From the NCBI GenBank assembly GCA_965645245.1, contig OZ287077.1, positions 62,001 through 126,000 on the forward strand: a stretch of 64,000 nucleotides of DNA. Direction: 5' to 3'. The translations under genes were made by a program, and so were the position numbers. Numbering within the stretch: position 1 is the first letter of the stretch; every line of letters begins with the position of its first letter. The notes below the pieces were generated by a model. The model was not told the origin of the DNA. It did no database searches and was given only the letters and a program-made list of their open reading frames with translations. Origin of the DNA: Massalongia carnosa (taxonomy: Eukaryota). Positions 23,317-36,920 of this stretch are shown here, piece after piece.

Positions 23317-24346
23317 TGTAATACGGATGGCGCTAGAGGGATACGTGATCGCCTATGGCGGTTGCGGGATTAACTAGCGTGGACCATGCCGTAGTACGAA
23401 GTCGCATAAGCCGTCGAGGCTGACACACTGCCATCTTACCCCGAAACTTCGGAGTTATTGTTATCACGTTCTTGACTACTTACAGATCAAACACCTGTCG
23501 AGGCCGTGGTGGTAGATTGCCATGGAGTGTAAGGCGGACTCTTGTGGAGACGCCAAGGAACTCTATATGGGATCTACTGGCCTACTCGGAGCTACTGGAT
23601 CTCTTGATGGTTCAAGAGAGGTAGCAGGAGGCACGGCTCGCTGGACGCAGCTTGAGCTAGGCTCCCCGGTGTAAACTTCAGCTTCAACCTTTATTACTAC
23701 GTTGGTAGTGATGTCGGCTGAATGAACCTACATGACCTCGTTGTCTAGACCTTGTGTCTAGAGGCAGGTCCGCAGTGTAGCGAGGTATTCAGTCGGAGGT
23801 AACCTTCCATCACTAGGTAGTGGTGACGGCGAAATGAAGCTACATAGCCTAAGGCATGTAGTGAGGGATCTAGCCGGGGGTAGAATTGTTCTACCTTGCA
23901 AGGGAAGATCTAGAAGGCTGCTCGAGGCTGACTAGATGATCCAGCGAACGCCGAGTTCGTGGATGGATCCTGAGGGATGGTTGGATGTAATGCGATAAAG
24001 TCGGATGTGGATTGCAAGGCTGTAATGCTCGCAAGACTCCCAAGGCTTGCAAGGCTCCTAAGGTTCCAAGGCTCCCAAGGCTATAGGCTTGGGGTGAGTA
24101 GGATAAATATCAGAACGAATCTTGTAGTATTCGTTAGCAATTAGTCTTTATTCTATGAACAACCTACGTTTGGGTCTCGGACGAGATCTCTTGGTCTAAG
24201 CACTTCCACATCCATTAGTTCTTTGGATCACGTATACTCTCGGAGACTAGCACGTAGTAGCTATCTTCCTCCTCTCACGCTGAGCATTTCCCCTTTCGAG
24301 ATCAGTGTCGCTCGTGATAAACTTACTGGTCTCGTAGCCCATTACA
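23317..24346. repeat. ~1.03-kb solo LTR, family D copy 2, opposite orientation
   Basis: Reverse complement of 21519-22547; TSD TTATC at 23312-23316 and 24347-24351; removal restores GWTDNKL. Confidence 0.9.
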
Positions 24347-26210
24347 TTATCAGTCCAGCCGTTTTCACTTAGTGAAACACGAGCACCCGGTTCCATATTA
24401 CTAGGATACCAATCTTCTTTCCATCTCTTACCCTTTAAAATAACAAATAACGGTAATCGACGACTAGTGGTACCAATAGCTTCAATGAGGTACGCCCATT
24501 CCCGATTACCAGCTTGATTTATGAATGCCTGTTTCCGTTATTTTGAAAATACCAGCTTTGAACTCCCCGCAATACCCATCATATAACCGTTTTCATCCAT
24601 GTTGTATGTATCCTCGTCCAATATACCATGTTGGGCCTTAATAGACAGATACAGATCGAACCACTGCTGTATTGAATCCCGATTTTGAGCTAAATACCGT
24701 TCTTGATCAAGCGTACGGCTATATTTTGACTGTAGTATAGGATGACGGTTGAGGAAGTTTTCTGACCAGTTATTGCCCAGTTCTTTAAAATCCTGTTTGG
24801 CTCGTAATAATTCTTCTGCCATTTCGCGTAACTGCGCTATTCTAGGCGGAAATCCCCAAGACTGAAGTTGTAGCACCCAACTCTGAAGAGATCCTTCCTC
24901 GGGCGTTAACCTCTGCTTTGAGGTAACGTACGATACCTGGTCCTGGCGACCGTTTGTCAAATTATAGGATAACTAATCCTAAACATTAGTGGTAACTCAG
25001 GATGATATATCCGAAGGGTTATTCCGGCCCGATTAGACACGTGGCCTCCCCCCTTAGATAGATTCCCACTTTTACACATCCTCCACAATACAATCAACAT
25101 CTACCCAATTCCCTGATTATGCCTTTTGACCCTTATATATTTGACAACTCATCCCTCACTGGGCTCCGGAAATAACTACATGACTAATCACTTAAATTCC
25201 GAGTCCTGTAAAAAGACGTCGACATTGAAAGGAATGAAGCAACTTTCCTTAAAGGTTGGATATCGTGCCGAAGTATGACTACCACAATGACTACCACATT
25301 ACGTGCTTTGCTAATCAATATTAGTTTGAAGCAAAAAGACAAGAGGCTTAACTCTCAACGGGCGTAGACTAAAAAAGGATGATTTCACGCCTCAATTGCT
25401 TCGTATGATTATTGCTCTTGGCTACCGTTACGAAGTGTCGCCAATGTCGAATTGCAAAGAGCGTTCAACTGTCTGCTCGATAATGTACAGTTTCCTTCAC
25501 CATCGACAATCAAGAATCGCTTGATGACCGGAAGTCAAGAGATTATTCCGCTTTTGCTCGAGAGGCTACCTAGGGGCAGTTTAAAGGTCTCTCTGGCTTT
25601 GGATTGTTGGTCGTCATTTAATCGTCAAGGTTATCTGGCCATCAATGCTTACTTCATTGACGATAAATGGAATTATCACGAAGTGCTTCTTGCCTTCGAA
25701 CACGTTGAAGGCTCACACACGGTAATAAAACTTGCTGAAGTATTGAACAGCGTTTTAATTAGACATTCTATTGAAGATCGTGTTTTTGCATTAACCACGG
25801 ACAGTGCATCTAATAACACAACGATGGTAGATAAGTTGCGACGAATGATACGAAGCAATCGAGCCTTGGCACTTCTACACACTGATGCTAATGAGATACA
25901 GCGAGTGTCTTGTTTATCGCATGTAATTCAACTTGCCGTGAAACAGCTACTTGGGTGTATTCACATTAATCCCAAAAATGCCGATTTCAAAACTAGCTGG
26001 GATGATAAGCAAGATAGACGGGATTTCGAAAACACGACACCTTGAGTTCCCCTTACGCTAGCTAAGGCAAGATTTATTTTGTGGTAGTCTTTGTGGTAGT
26101 CATTCTAAATTTTGATTAGGTTCGAGCATTAGCTGTTTACATTAACAATAGCAATTTACGTAAGGAGAACTTCTACGCTGTTCAACGAGCATTGAATGAC
26201 GAAGAGAGAC

Positions 26211-29200
26211 TGTCAGGCGATTAGGGGTCACATGACCCGCCATGGGTCACATGACCCACGAACCCCTATGAGATATCCCTCAGTTAGCTAGCCTAGACCT
26301 CCCATAGATCAATACACACCACTCCTTTTCACTCATATTCCACATTAGCCCATACAGCCTGATAGTTATGAGCCCGGAGAGCATAGAAGCTTCAATTCCT
26401 ACTCATTGATCTAGTTGAATAAAACCCTCTACCCAAAACGATCCAACAAAACGATCAAAATGGAGGAGACCAACAAAGCAACGATGATCGCCCTAACTCC
26501 CAAGAATTATCATCTATGGATTAGGGAATTACAAGGAATATCCAAGAAAGCGAAGGTATGGCAATATGTGGACCCCAATGGTTCAAAACCGGAGCCCGAA
26601 GAGGGAGAATATCCGGAAGTTTCACAATATCAAGTCCCTATTCAAGCACAGCCAGCAGGTGGAATTGCTTACCCCATTATAGAAGGTGGAGTTGTAATAA
26701 CCACGAAATCGGCTGAGAAATACGGCGATTTATCGGCTGAGCAAAGGGAGGACTATAAAATGGAGATATCAGCCTATAAGATGAAGGAAAAACAGGTGGA
26801 GAAGGTCGCCCAAGGACTCAGAATAGTGGACAATGCACTAAAGAGCTCCGCACGGGCATACATCCCCCCCAATAAGATGGCTTCATCGGTTAGGGAAATA
26901 GTGAAAATTCTGGCTGCAAGATATAAGCGGTCAGATGACCAAGTCATAGAGCAATTGCATGAGCAATTTCTAGCCCTAAAAACCCCGCCCATTAAAGGTA
27001 AAATAGAGGCATGGGTAGCTGATTGGGAGAATATTAAGGGACAAATTGTTGAGCTCAATGTAACGGGCCTATATGGCTCCGAGACCATATTCATCAATGA
27101 ATTTCTCCAATCAGGGAAGAAATGGGCGCCCAATTTCTGTGAAAACTGGGTAATGCAGCATAGGGCTGCTAAGATGACGGTTGAATTTTACGAGAAAACC
27201 AGGGAATATCGTTTAGCCGTGGAACCATTCCTGAATGAGGCAAAATCAACGTCTAGAAATCAAGCTAATGCAGCCTCGCTGCAGGGGCAAATGCAAGACG
27301 AAAATAAAGGTCCGGGGCCTAGCCAATCAAGTCAATGGAATGGCCAATCAAAAGAGGCCAGATTCAAGGATATATAGTGCGTATGTGGGAAAATACACCT
27401 GTTCAGGCTATGCCCATATATTGTCAAATGAGCTCGGCCCCCTGCATGGAAGGAAGATAAAACCGTACGCAATGAAATACGTCAGAAAATTCAGTCAAAA
27501 ATTCAGTTTTTCATGGCTATTAAGAAGGTCACCGACACCAACATACTAGATGGAATAACTGAGGAGTCAGTCAAAAAGAGCTCCCAAAAAGCAGAGAATG
27601 ATCAACATAATCAGGGCAATCACATTGAATTGCCTAGTCAATCCTTCTCGTTTGCGAACGTTACATCTAGGGCAAATAACCCCTTGCATAAAAGCGTCAT
27701 CTTTGACTCTGGATGCGATAACCCTCTGACCTATGATAAATCACGGTTTATAGGAGAGATAACCCCAACTTCGTCAGACATGTGGGTAGACACCCCCGAC
27801 GGGGAGATGAAAATCCATGGTCATGGCACAATGAAGGTAAATGGCCTATTGAATGGCCAGAAAAGGAAGCTATTATTCGAAGAAACAGCTTATATTCCTG
27901 ATTCATCAGTGACGTTGGTTTCGGCCAATAAGTTGAAAAAACGAGGCTTTTTCTGGGATATGTTCACTGATACCCTTATAGTTAAGGAGACAGGGCAACA
28001 AATATGTGAAATAAAGGAGCACTATGGGCTCTCAATCATAGAATATAACCCTGAATCCATAGATATAGGGTTTGCTAACTCAGTGCAGCCACGCGATACG
28101 TCAAAAGCAACTCCATGGAAATGGCATCTTCGCCTCGGTCATTGCCGGCCAGAGGTGATTGACCAGCTAAAGAAGATCGATGAGGTGACAGTTTCAAAAG
28201 ACGTAGGGGGTGAAAACGCACCTAGGACCATTCAATGCGAAACGTGTGCAGTCTCCAAAATGCATAGAGTCATCAATAAAGCTCCGTCAGGGCGTGCCAT
28301 CAAGCCATATCAGGTGCTTCATTTTGACCTAACTATCAATGATAAGGGGTTCGATGGAACGAGCTGTATAGCTCATTTTACGGATGAATTTACCTCATAT
28401 GTATGGGTTTATCCATTGAATGATCATAAGGAAAAGTCCCTATTGCCCATCTTCAAAAGCTTGATCAATCAATGCGATAGAGCTGGCATTTCCATTAATT
28501 CAATGGTAACCACGATTCGCACGGGGCAAGAAACATCAATAGGAAAAGCCCTAGAAGCATGGATCAGTCAGCAAGGCATAGAATGGTCATGGTCAGCAAA
28601 GAATACCCCTGAGCAAAATGGCGTTTCGGAGCGTTTCGGAGCCCTATTAACTGAAAAAGCTCGATGCATCAGGGAATATGCAAAAATGCCAGAAGACCTG
28701 TATCCGGAGTGCTATTTAGCTGCAGCCCATCTGATAAATCGAACCCCTAATAAAGCTCTGGAATGGGACTCCCCATTGGTCAAATTGCAGAAACTGACCA
28801 ATCCGGGTCAATCAGTCAGATACGAGCTGGCTCATCTAAAAGTGTTTGGTTGCAAGGCGTATCCATTGCTAAAAGGGGCCGATGCTCCTCCCAAAAGCAA
28901 CAAGTTGAAACCTAGGGCATTTGTTGGCTATTTGGTTGGCTATGATTCAACCAATATCTTCAGGATATGGAATCCAGAAAAGGGAGATGTCAGCGGTTAT
29001 AGAGACGTCATATTCAACGAAGATGAGCTTTATAGCGCCTATACGTCGAATGAGGAGCTATTGCTAAAGGAGACTGAAAAAGCGAGCTTTATAGAGTTTC
29101 ATGTAGTTGAACCACGCCCCGCATTTCAGGAGATAGATAGTGAGGAAGAAGAATGGCTAGACTTATCAGTCAATAAGCGTATAGAGCAATTGACCATAGA

Positions 29201-31497
29201 AGATAACTCACCTAGTCAGGACGAAATACAGGAGAAAATAACTCCCTCATCAACGCCCATGCAACTGGAAACGCCAATAGAAACACCTGAACCAGATATC
29301 AGCCCTAATGTCTCCATAGATAAAAGAAGGGCCAAAAAGGTGAGGGCATCAACAATTGACCCTCTACAACTCCCGCAAACGGGCCGAACGCCCCTCAATG
29401 TGACGGAAATAGAGCAATCATCAGGAAAAAGGAGCGATAGGATAAATGAGGCAAACGTTATAGAGGGAAAACGTACTAGGAAACCAAACCCTAGATACGC
29501 TGCAAATGGAGCTTGGTCAGCAGAAGAAATGTCGAAATTCCCTCAATTTCATACAGCGTTTATGGCGGGGACGGCGAGAATGACTAATCAGCTCCGAACT
29601 GATGATTTGCCCGACCCCCCATCTCATTGGCGAGCTCTGCTAAGGCATCCCTATGCAGATGAGTTCATGAAAGCAGCTAATGTTGAATGGGAGGCACTTT
29701 TCCACAAAGAAACATGGGAAATAGTTGATCAAGATGAGGCTATACAGCCAATATTGCCCCTCAAATGGGTTTTCACCTATAAGACTGATTCGGACGGCTA
29801 TTTGGCGAAGTTCAAAGCACGTCTAGTGGTTAGAGGTGACCTACAGCAAGATAATGCTCAAGATATTTATGCAGCTACATTAGCCTTCAAGGTGTTTAGG
29901 GCATTAATGGCATTAGTTGCTGCATTCGGGCTGAAAACGAGGCAGATGGACGCTATTAACGCCTTTCTAAACGCTCACAATGACGAGCCTATTTACTGCT
30001 TTTTGCCTGATGGTTTTAAGCTTAGAAAGAAGGTGCTAAAAGTGAAAAAAGCGCTATATGGTCAAAGAAAATCACCCCTTCTATGGCTACGAATGCTAAT
30101 AGGCAAATGCATAGAACTAGGTTTAAAACAGGTGCCAGGCGAACCATGCCTATTCTATACGGAGGGAATCATACTATTCTTCTATGTGGACGACATAGTA
30201 ATGGCGTATCGGCCCGAAAAAGAAGCCGAAGTCGAGGAATATGTGCAACGTTTCATAAAGATGATCGAAATACGGGATATGGGTCCATTAACCTATTTTC
30301 TAGGCGTACGGGTCATTCATAACATAGAAGAAAAGACGATCCACTTGATTCAGGACTCCTATATGAACATATTAGCCAAGGAGTATGACATTGATGAAAA
30401 GTCGGAGGCTAAAACACCTCTAACGCCCATATTCAATGAAGAACTGGCGCCATATGAGGGGGAGGTGGATCCGGCCAGAATGCATCTATATAGGAAGAAA
30501 GTTGGATCAATATGCTACCCAGCTATTATGACTCGGCCAGATATAGCAAAATCAGCTTCAAAATTAGCTGAATATCTGACCAACCCGGGACCTAGTCATA
30601 TGAGGGCTGCAGACCATTGCCTACGTTATCTATATGGGACGAAATATCTGGGAATCCAGTACTCGGCCAAAGGGGGCGGTGAAATCACTACTATGGCAAA
30701 TCATAGACCGGTTCCGGCTAATAAGCAGGTTTTTGAGGCAACGGCTGATGCATCCTATGTAAATAACCCAGATAGGAAAAGCTCCGAGGGCTATACATTC
30801 AAGCTATTTCGTGGGATGATTGACTGGGCCGCTAGGAAGCAACTGACCGTGACCACGTCAACTACTGAGGCCGAGTTATTGTCTATGCTTCATGCGGGTA
30901 AAGAGCTCATATGGTGGATACATCTATTTGAAAAGCTACAATTTAACCCGGATCAAGATATAGTTATCTATAACGATAACCTACAGACAATTCGCATTTT
31001 AACCTCCGAAATGGGAAAAACCGACACTAAATTGAGGCATATAGACGTCGCCCAATGTTGGCTTAGGCAATCTGTGCAAAGGGGGGAATTATGTGTTGAC
31101 TATGTGCCGACCAATCAGATGGTCGCAGATGGTTTAACCAAGATCCTACCTCCTCAAAAGCATCAACATTTCGTCAAGCTATTAGGGCTAGTCAATGCCA
31201 TGGACCTGGTCAACAATCAGAAGAAATTGGCCAATCAGAAGAAGGGAAATACGGCCACAAATTGAATCGGCCAAAATCACTAGAAATCAAGGTAAAAAAT
31301 GGAAATTTTCACTTAATATAGGTTTTTCGGTCATGGCAGCTTTGGTCAAAGCTGGGGGGGTGTGTCAGGCGATTAGGGGTCACATGACCCACGAACCCCT
31401 ATGAGATATCCCTCAGTTAGCTAGCTTAGACCTCCCATAGATCAATACATACCACTCCTTTTCACTCATATTCCACATTAGCCTATACAGCTTGATA
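26211..31497 (+). mobile_element. Full-length Ty1/Copia element E, TG...TA LTRs, TSD GAGAC
   Basis: LTRs 26211-26364 and 31363-31497 (19-bp duplication in the 5' LTR), PBS 26365-26375, poly-G PPT, GAGAC at 26206-26210 and 31498-31502. Confidence 0.96.
26460..31265 (+). pseudogene. Copia E single-frame gag-pol with two in-frame stops near 27375-27431
   Basis: VIFDSGC protease, WHLRLGH, EQNGVSER, FYVDD RT, ADASY RNaseH; gag and the 1250-aa ORF share a frame. Confidence 0.92.
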
Positions 31498-31796
31498 GAG
31501 ACGCACTGGAAACTCGGTCAGCGGTACAGTACTTAAGCTTTTTCAAGATGTAAATACTCGATGGGACTCCACATGTCACATGTTAATTCGAGCGCTCAAG
31601 TTGCGACAAGCGCTGAATAGATATCATGATAAACATGAAGCCGAGTATTTGAGATTGCATTACGTGGAATGGTCACAGATAGAATATCTTATCGATTCAA
31701 CGAAGCTATTCTGCGTCTTCACAAAGATGATTGGTCAATCAAAGCAACCGACCATTTATCAGGTGTTCGAGATCTACAATAAGCTATTCGATCATC

Positions 31797-34381
31797 TGGA
31801 CACACCCCTTCCGGCTATCTAGACACCCTACACAAAATTCTAGGGGTAGGGCTGGACCCCTCCCTAAACCTCATTAGGAAGCCATCTTCCTCGATCAGGA
31901 TAAGTGACGTAAATTCTTCATTTTCTCATCTCAATTTTCAGTTTCCTGATCCTACATTCTGGATCAATCATGCCTCTATTACCTCCCGCCGACAGGCAGT
32001 CTTTCGAAACTCTAGAAGACTGTCTATTCTGCCTGAAACGAAATGCCGGCCCTGAGGGATACGCCGTTGTCCTGCATCGTACCAAGAAATCAAAGCTGGG
32101 AATTCGTCGAAAAGCGTGGATCATCTGCGATCGAGGTCGCAAGGCCAGACCGCAAGGCGAAGAACGATGTCACAGTAGCCGTAGACGAATTGAGTGTCCC
32201 TTATCCTGCATCGCTACCTTCGTGAACGACGTCGCCTGGCATTTGGAAGTAGTCAAACCGGAACATAATCATGAAGCTAGCTTGAGTGGAGCACATCCCG
32301 CGCATCGAAGAATCGCCTTGATTGAGCATAAGGAGGAGATTTCTCGTCAATTGACTGTACAAACCAAACCGGCCAACGTGCTGTCGAGTCTTCGTATTGG
32401 AGATCCGACTCCGAATTCGGTCAGATGGGATGAGAATGGCAATCCTTAAGTCGTCAATCCGATGTTTATCAGTCGAGACATCTACAACTTTCGAGCTCAA
32501 TTGCGACGAAATGCTTTGGGCTCATTGACTCCGATACAGAGTCTGGTTCAGGAGTTTGACAAGGGCGACTGGGTATAGGAGTTGCAGACAAATGATGAGA
32601 ATCAGGTGAGTTTGACAAGGACAGGACAACTGAAATTGCAGACTAATGACGAGAACCAATCAGATCATCAAATTTTTTTTCAGTAAATGCAGTACTCAGA
32701 CTCTTTTGAAGGCAAATCCGGAAGTTTTAGTGATGGATTGCACCTACAAAACCAACAGATTCAAAATGCCTTTGTTGATCATCGGCGGACAGACCGCATT
32801 GCATACTACGTTCTATGTTGCCTTCTGCTTTATGCATGAGGAGACAAATGAGTCTTACATCTGGGCCATGACTCGTTTGAAAGTCTTGTACTCGCAGCTA
32901 GAACTTCCTTCTCCAACGACGACAGTCACCGACATGGATAGAGGTTTGATGTCGGCAATTGAGCTGGTTTTTCCATCTACCAGTCATTTATTGTGTATCT
33001 GGCACATCAATAAGAATGTCCTAGCTCATTGCAAGAAATCATTCAGTACTGAGGCATGGGAAGTCTTTTACGGACGATAGAAATCACTTATTAAGGCTGA
33101 TTCCGAGCAGAATTTTGAAGAGCTGTGGGGACAGTTTCGAATCACATACAACCGTACACATGCTAATTTGGTGAAGTATCTTAATGCCACCTACATTTCT
33201 TTTCGTCAGAGATTTGTAAAGTGCTGGACTGACCGAGTGAGGCATTTCGAGACAACGACTACTTCGCGAGGTGAGGGCGGACATGCTGTATTGAAAAGGC
33301 AGCTGGGAACCTCAAATAGTGACTTAAAAGCAGTCGTAGATGGCCTCGCCTTGCTACTAACCAATGAGCTTCATAATCACCTCATCGCCATAAATTCGGC
33401 TAAGGATCGCTATCCTACCGACTTGCGCAAACCGATTTTCCAACGTTTGGCGAATCGGGTCACCACGTTTGCACTTCGAAAAATTCTTGGTCAGTACAAT
33501 TTGTTGGTTGATCAACCAACGGCGATCAGGGCCTGCACCGAGGTCTTTACTACTGTCACCGGCCTGCCCTGTAGTCACAGAATTCAGGAACGACTGTACG
33601 ATGACGGTGTTTTGTTGTTGGAGGATTTCCATCCTCATTGGAGGTTGGTTTTGATCAAACATTGTTGAATTCAACTAATTCTAAATCTAGATTTGAAAGA
33701 GACCTTCCAGCTGATGATAATGATCCCTTGCTGGCGGTGCAGGATCCCGCTGTCGTGCGACCTCGCGGACGCCCTCGAGGTTCCGAAAACAGAAGATAAC
33801 AAGTCTTTGAAGCTTCCACCCTGCGAGAACCTTCCTTATTCGAACGGATTGAGGCGGAAATAGCTGATCTACAAAGCGGGGAGGTGGCTCCGGACGTGGA
33901 AGCTGTCGTACATCGAGCTGATCCAGCTCCAGGGCGGGGACGCGGGCGGGGGGTACGAGCACGAGGACAGGGACAGCGACAGCGACAGGAATCGGGACAG
34001 GGACAGGAACAGGGACGGGGAAGAGGGCGGAGACGAGGTAGGGCATCTCGGGCAAGGGGCGCTGCTACAAATCAAGAAGGGGCGATACCGAATGAGGTTT
34101 AGTGGCATGAAATCAGAGTCTGATTCATGAAGATGATGCCAATCGACTCCATTTCATCAAGGCAATTGCTGTCCATGAGAGATGTGCACATACTTTTCAA
34201 TTCAAATTTTGAACGTGGGCGAATATTTTCAGTCGCTTATCTTAATGAGGTTTAGGGAGGGGTCCAGCCCTACCCCTAGAATTTTTTTGTGTGGGGTGTC
34301 TAGATAGCCGGAAGGGGTGTGTCTAGGTAGCCGGAGAGGGTGTGTCTAGGTAGCGGATGGGGTGTCCATATATCAGTACCC
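31797..34381 (+). mobile_element. Mutator-like element 1 (degenerate; outer part of left TIR missing)
   Basis: Inverted repeats ~31797-31880 and ~34240-34381 with internal tagacacacc subrepeats; right end resembles the MULE-2 terminus. Confidence 0.88.
31970..34102 (+). pseudogene. MULE transposase with nonsense codons; introns 32606-32663 and ~33644-33689
   Basis: FAR1-like N-terminus, VMDCTYKTN, TDMDRGL, LCIWH, TTSRGEGGH, GLPCSH; colinear with the MULE-2 protein. Confidence 0.9.
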
Positions 34382-34388
34382 TTTTCTG

Positions 34389-34469
34389 TTGGGTAACCCA
34401 ACGATAACCCAACCCAACCCAAAACCCATTGGGTTGGGTTCTCATTTTAATAACCCAACCCAACCCATT
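34389..34469. repeat. AACCC/GGGTT pentamer cluster in both orientations, probably a DNA-transposon subterminal region
   Basis: aacccaacccaaccc ... gggttgggtt ... aacccaacccaaccc. Confidence 0.55.
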
Positions 34470-36469
34470 CCGCGGCGTAGATCAGTATGATAGAGTAGAT
34501 AAAGCAAGCCGTCCTATGGTGAGTATGCTTGATAGTTCTTGTTTCAAAGTGCTCTTTTTAAACGAGCTCTTAGACCTCGTCCACGTTTTTAGAGAATTTT
34601 TGTAACAATCTTGCCGACATAGGAATAGATCCAGCTCCTTATGGTACTCATTCATTTCGAAGAGGAGGTGTACAACCTCTTTCGAGTGAAAAACGATGGA
34701 TCATACGCAAATTATGTGATTGGGGTGGATAGTCTCAAAGTTATGATACTTTTATTGGAATTTGCCGAGATACCTGAATAATATTTGCGACCGAGGTTCT
34801 TTTGCCTCCTGCTTACTAATTTCCAGATTAGGCAATCATATGCTATATGCAAAAAGCTTCAGATATCGGCACGACTTCGGCAACTACGAGGAGGCAAATG
34901 TATGCAGCAAGAATGCTACATTTCGGAGGCAATTCAGCTGTTCATGATCACTGAGTGTCTCGGTGTCTCAGGTCAGCAGTGAGGTGTATTTTGCCCAGCT
35001 GAAAAGGTTCAAAGGAAGCAGGTTCATGCATTTGATATAGGCCGAGATGGAGGCCCTCAAGCAGTATAAAGAGACGGTGATTCCCCATGTAATTTAGCTA
35101 TTCAGTCGTTCAGAATTCAGTGCAGCAGATAGCTAAATTTGGAGTATCTTCACTGGAAATACGGAGTACCTGCATCACGTTTGCCAAGCACTTCTCTTTG
35201 CTTATCCTTGATAGCCCTAGACCCTTTTCTCCTGCATCCCGCTGCCGTATGCCTGGTTGATTTTTTGTTCAACAACTTTGACAATCGTTCGTTATTTAAT
35301 GAATTAGAATGACGATCTTACAAGACGACGAGATGATTTCATGAATCCGGGAAGCACAGATCGGAGTTAAATGTTCTTATTGTGGTCGAGCTTGCGATTG
35401 TGCATAAAGAACTTATTAAATACTATTCTAGTTCATGAGCTGGAATAATGAAAACCAGGAGGATTATTTCAATCTGTTCTATAATGATAAAAAGTTAAGA
35501 GCTCATTTAAATAAACTAATTTCACCCGAAATCCTACTCCTCATTATTATCCTCCCCTCCCCCCTCCTCTTCACCCTCCTCTTCACTCCTCTCCTCATCA
35601 TTATCCTCCCCCCCCTCCTCTTCACCCTCCTCCTCACTCCTCTCCTCCTCCTCACCTTCCTCCTCTCTCATCTCCTCATCCTCACTGAAAGGATCGGATG
35701 ACACTTCCTCAAAAAGTGGATCATCACTTTCGCCTAGTTTAGTCAAAAGATCGACAGCATCATCCGCCCTTTCGCCTCTACTAGCTATCTAAATTCGATT
35801 AAAACGAGTTCGTTTATAGTGAGCATGTTCGGTTGATTTACTTTTCTATAAGACCATTCACCCAGTATGGCCTCAAAAAGACGAACACAATGCTCTCGTC
35901 GACCTCCAAGAGTCAACTCCTCTTGCGCCACTTTCTATAAACATTAAATATTAGGTCGAGCTCATATAAAACGAGTATAGATTAACGATTTTACTTTGGT
36001 TTTGGCATTTGAAATGATTTGCTTCTCGAACATCTATTGTTCGACCATAGACGCACCATAAGCACATCCGCAAGGCAAGAGATCAACCTTGTCTAAACCC
36101 AACGGAATATTCTCGCCCTTAGGCATCTCCTGCATTCGTTTTAAACGAGCTCATCAGTAACAGATAGGCCCCGTTTGTGTACAGCGTAGATAGCCGGCTT
36201 CCTCCGGTAATTTTCGACGTTACACCATACACTTTTGGTGGTGTTTTGTCCGCCATGCCGGCATTTTGGGACCAATTGTACGATTCTACTCTTGAGGCCG
36301 TTTTTTTGGGCCATTGGCTCCTACGCGGAGGATTATAACGATATACAGTTCAATTGAAGGAATCGGCGCAATGCGTCAAGTCTCTACGGCGAGTAATGGA
36401 TGGAGCAACTGCTCGATCAGCGCCATACGAATCGATCTACGAAAACCTTCGCATGGATCGCGAGACGAC

Positions 36470-36920
36470 ATCTTCGCTGTCTCTACGTTCGACCTACAGT
36501 TCAGCTACGTTCTTGCTGGATGGGAAGGCTCTGCGCATGATGCGCTAGTCCTTAAGGAGGCCGTCTCCTATCATGGATTGAGGCTTCCTCCAGGGAAGTA
36601 CCTCCTTGCGGACGCTGGATACTCTAATACGGAGCACACCTTGGTGCCGTTTCGGGGCACGAGGTATCATCTCAAGGAGCAGAGGCCGGCTTGAGAAAGG
36701 TAAGATCTATAGTCTATATGGTGCTAATGGTCTATAGGTCCCAATCGTCCAAGGAGCTGTTCAATCTCCGCCACTCCTTTCTCCACAACGTCGTCGAACG
36801 GATCTTTAGGATCTTTAAGAGGAGGTTGAAGATTCTACGGAGCGCTCCTGAGTACCCAATATGGTCTCAGGTTCACCTAATCTACGCTCTGACCGCAATA
36901 AATGACTATATACGGAGGAA
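36470..36920 (+). pseudogene. PIF/Harbinger transposase C-terminal fragment
   Basis: YVLAGWEGSAHD, KYLLADAGY, RYHLKE, ELFNLRH...VVERIF..KRR. Confidence 0.88.

Larger units (their letters stand above)
21300..24960 (-). pseudogene. pogo/Fot1-type DDE transposase, split by two solo LTRs
   Basis: CENP-B-like HTH (WVLQLQSWGFPP), YNMDENG, GWTDN (rejoined), LIVDGHASH, HLLQPLDVGVF, AWRATGLIPYNP. Confidence 0.92.
25180..31797 (+). pseudogene. hAT-family transposase (introns, split by Copia E, 3' truncated)
   Basis: LALDCWSS, YLAINAYFID, TTDSASNN, C..HVIQLAV, and QDVNTRWDST after the insertion. Confidence 0.9.

Noticed and set aside
21519..24346. Single element with 1-kb TIRs around a transposase
   Set aside because: Each repeat has its own TSD and the transposase continues outside both
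34389..34469. Telomeric repeat tract
   Set aside because: Unit is AACCC in mixed orientation, not tandem CCCTAA
34470..36460. Short ORFs, including an acidic E-rich stretch at 35534-35746
   Set aside because: Low-complexity, stop-riddled relics with no motif I can assign
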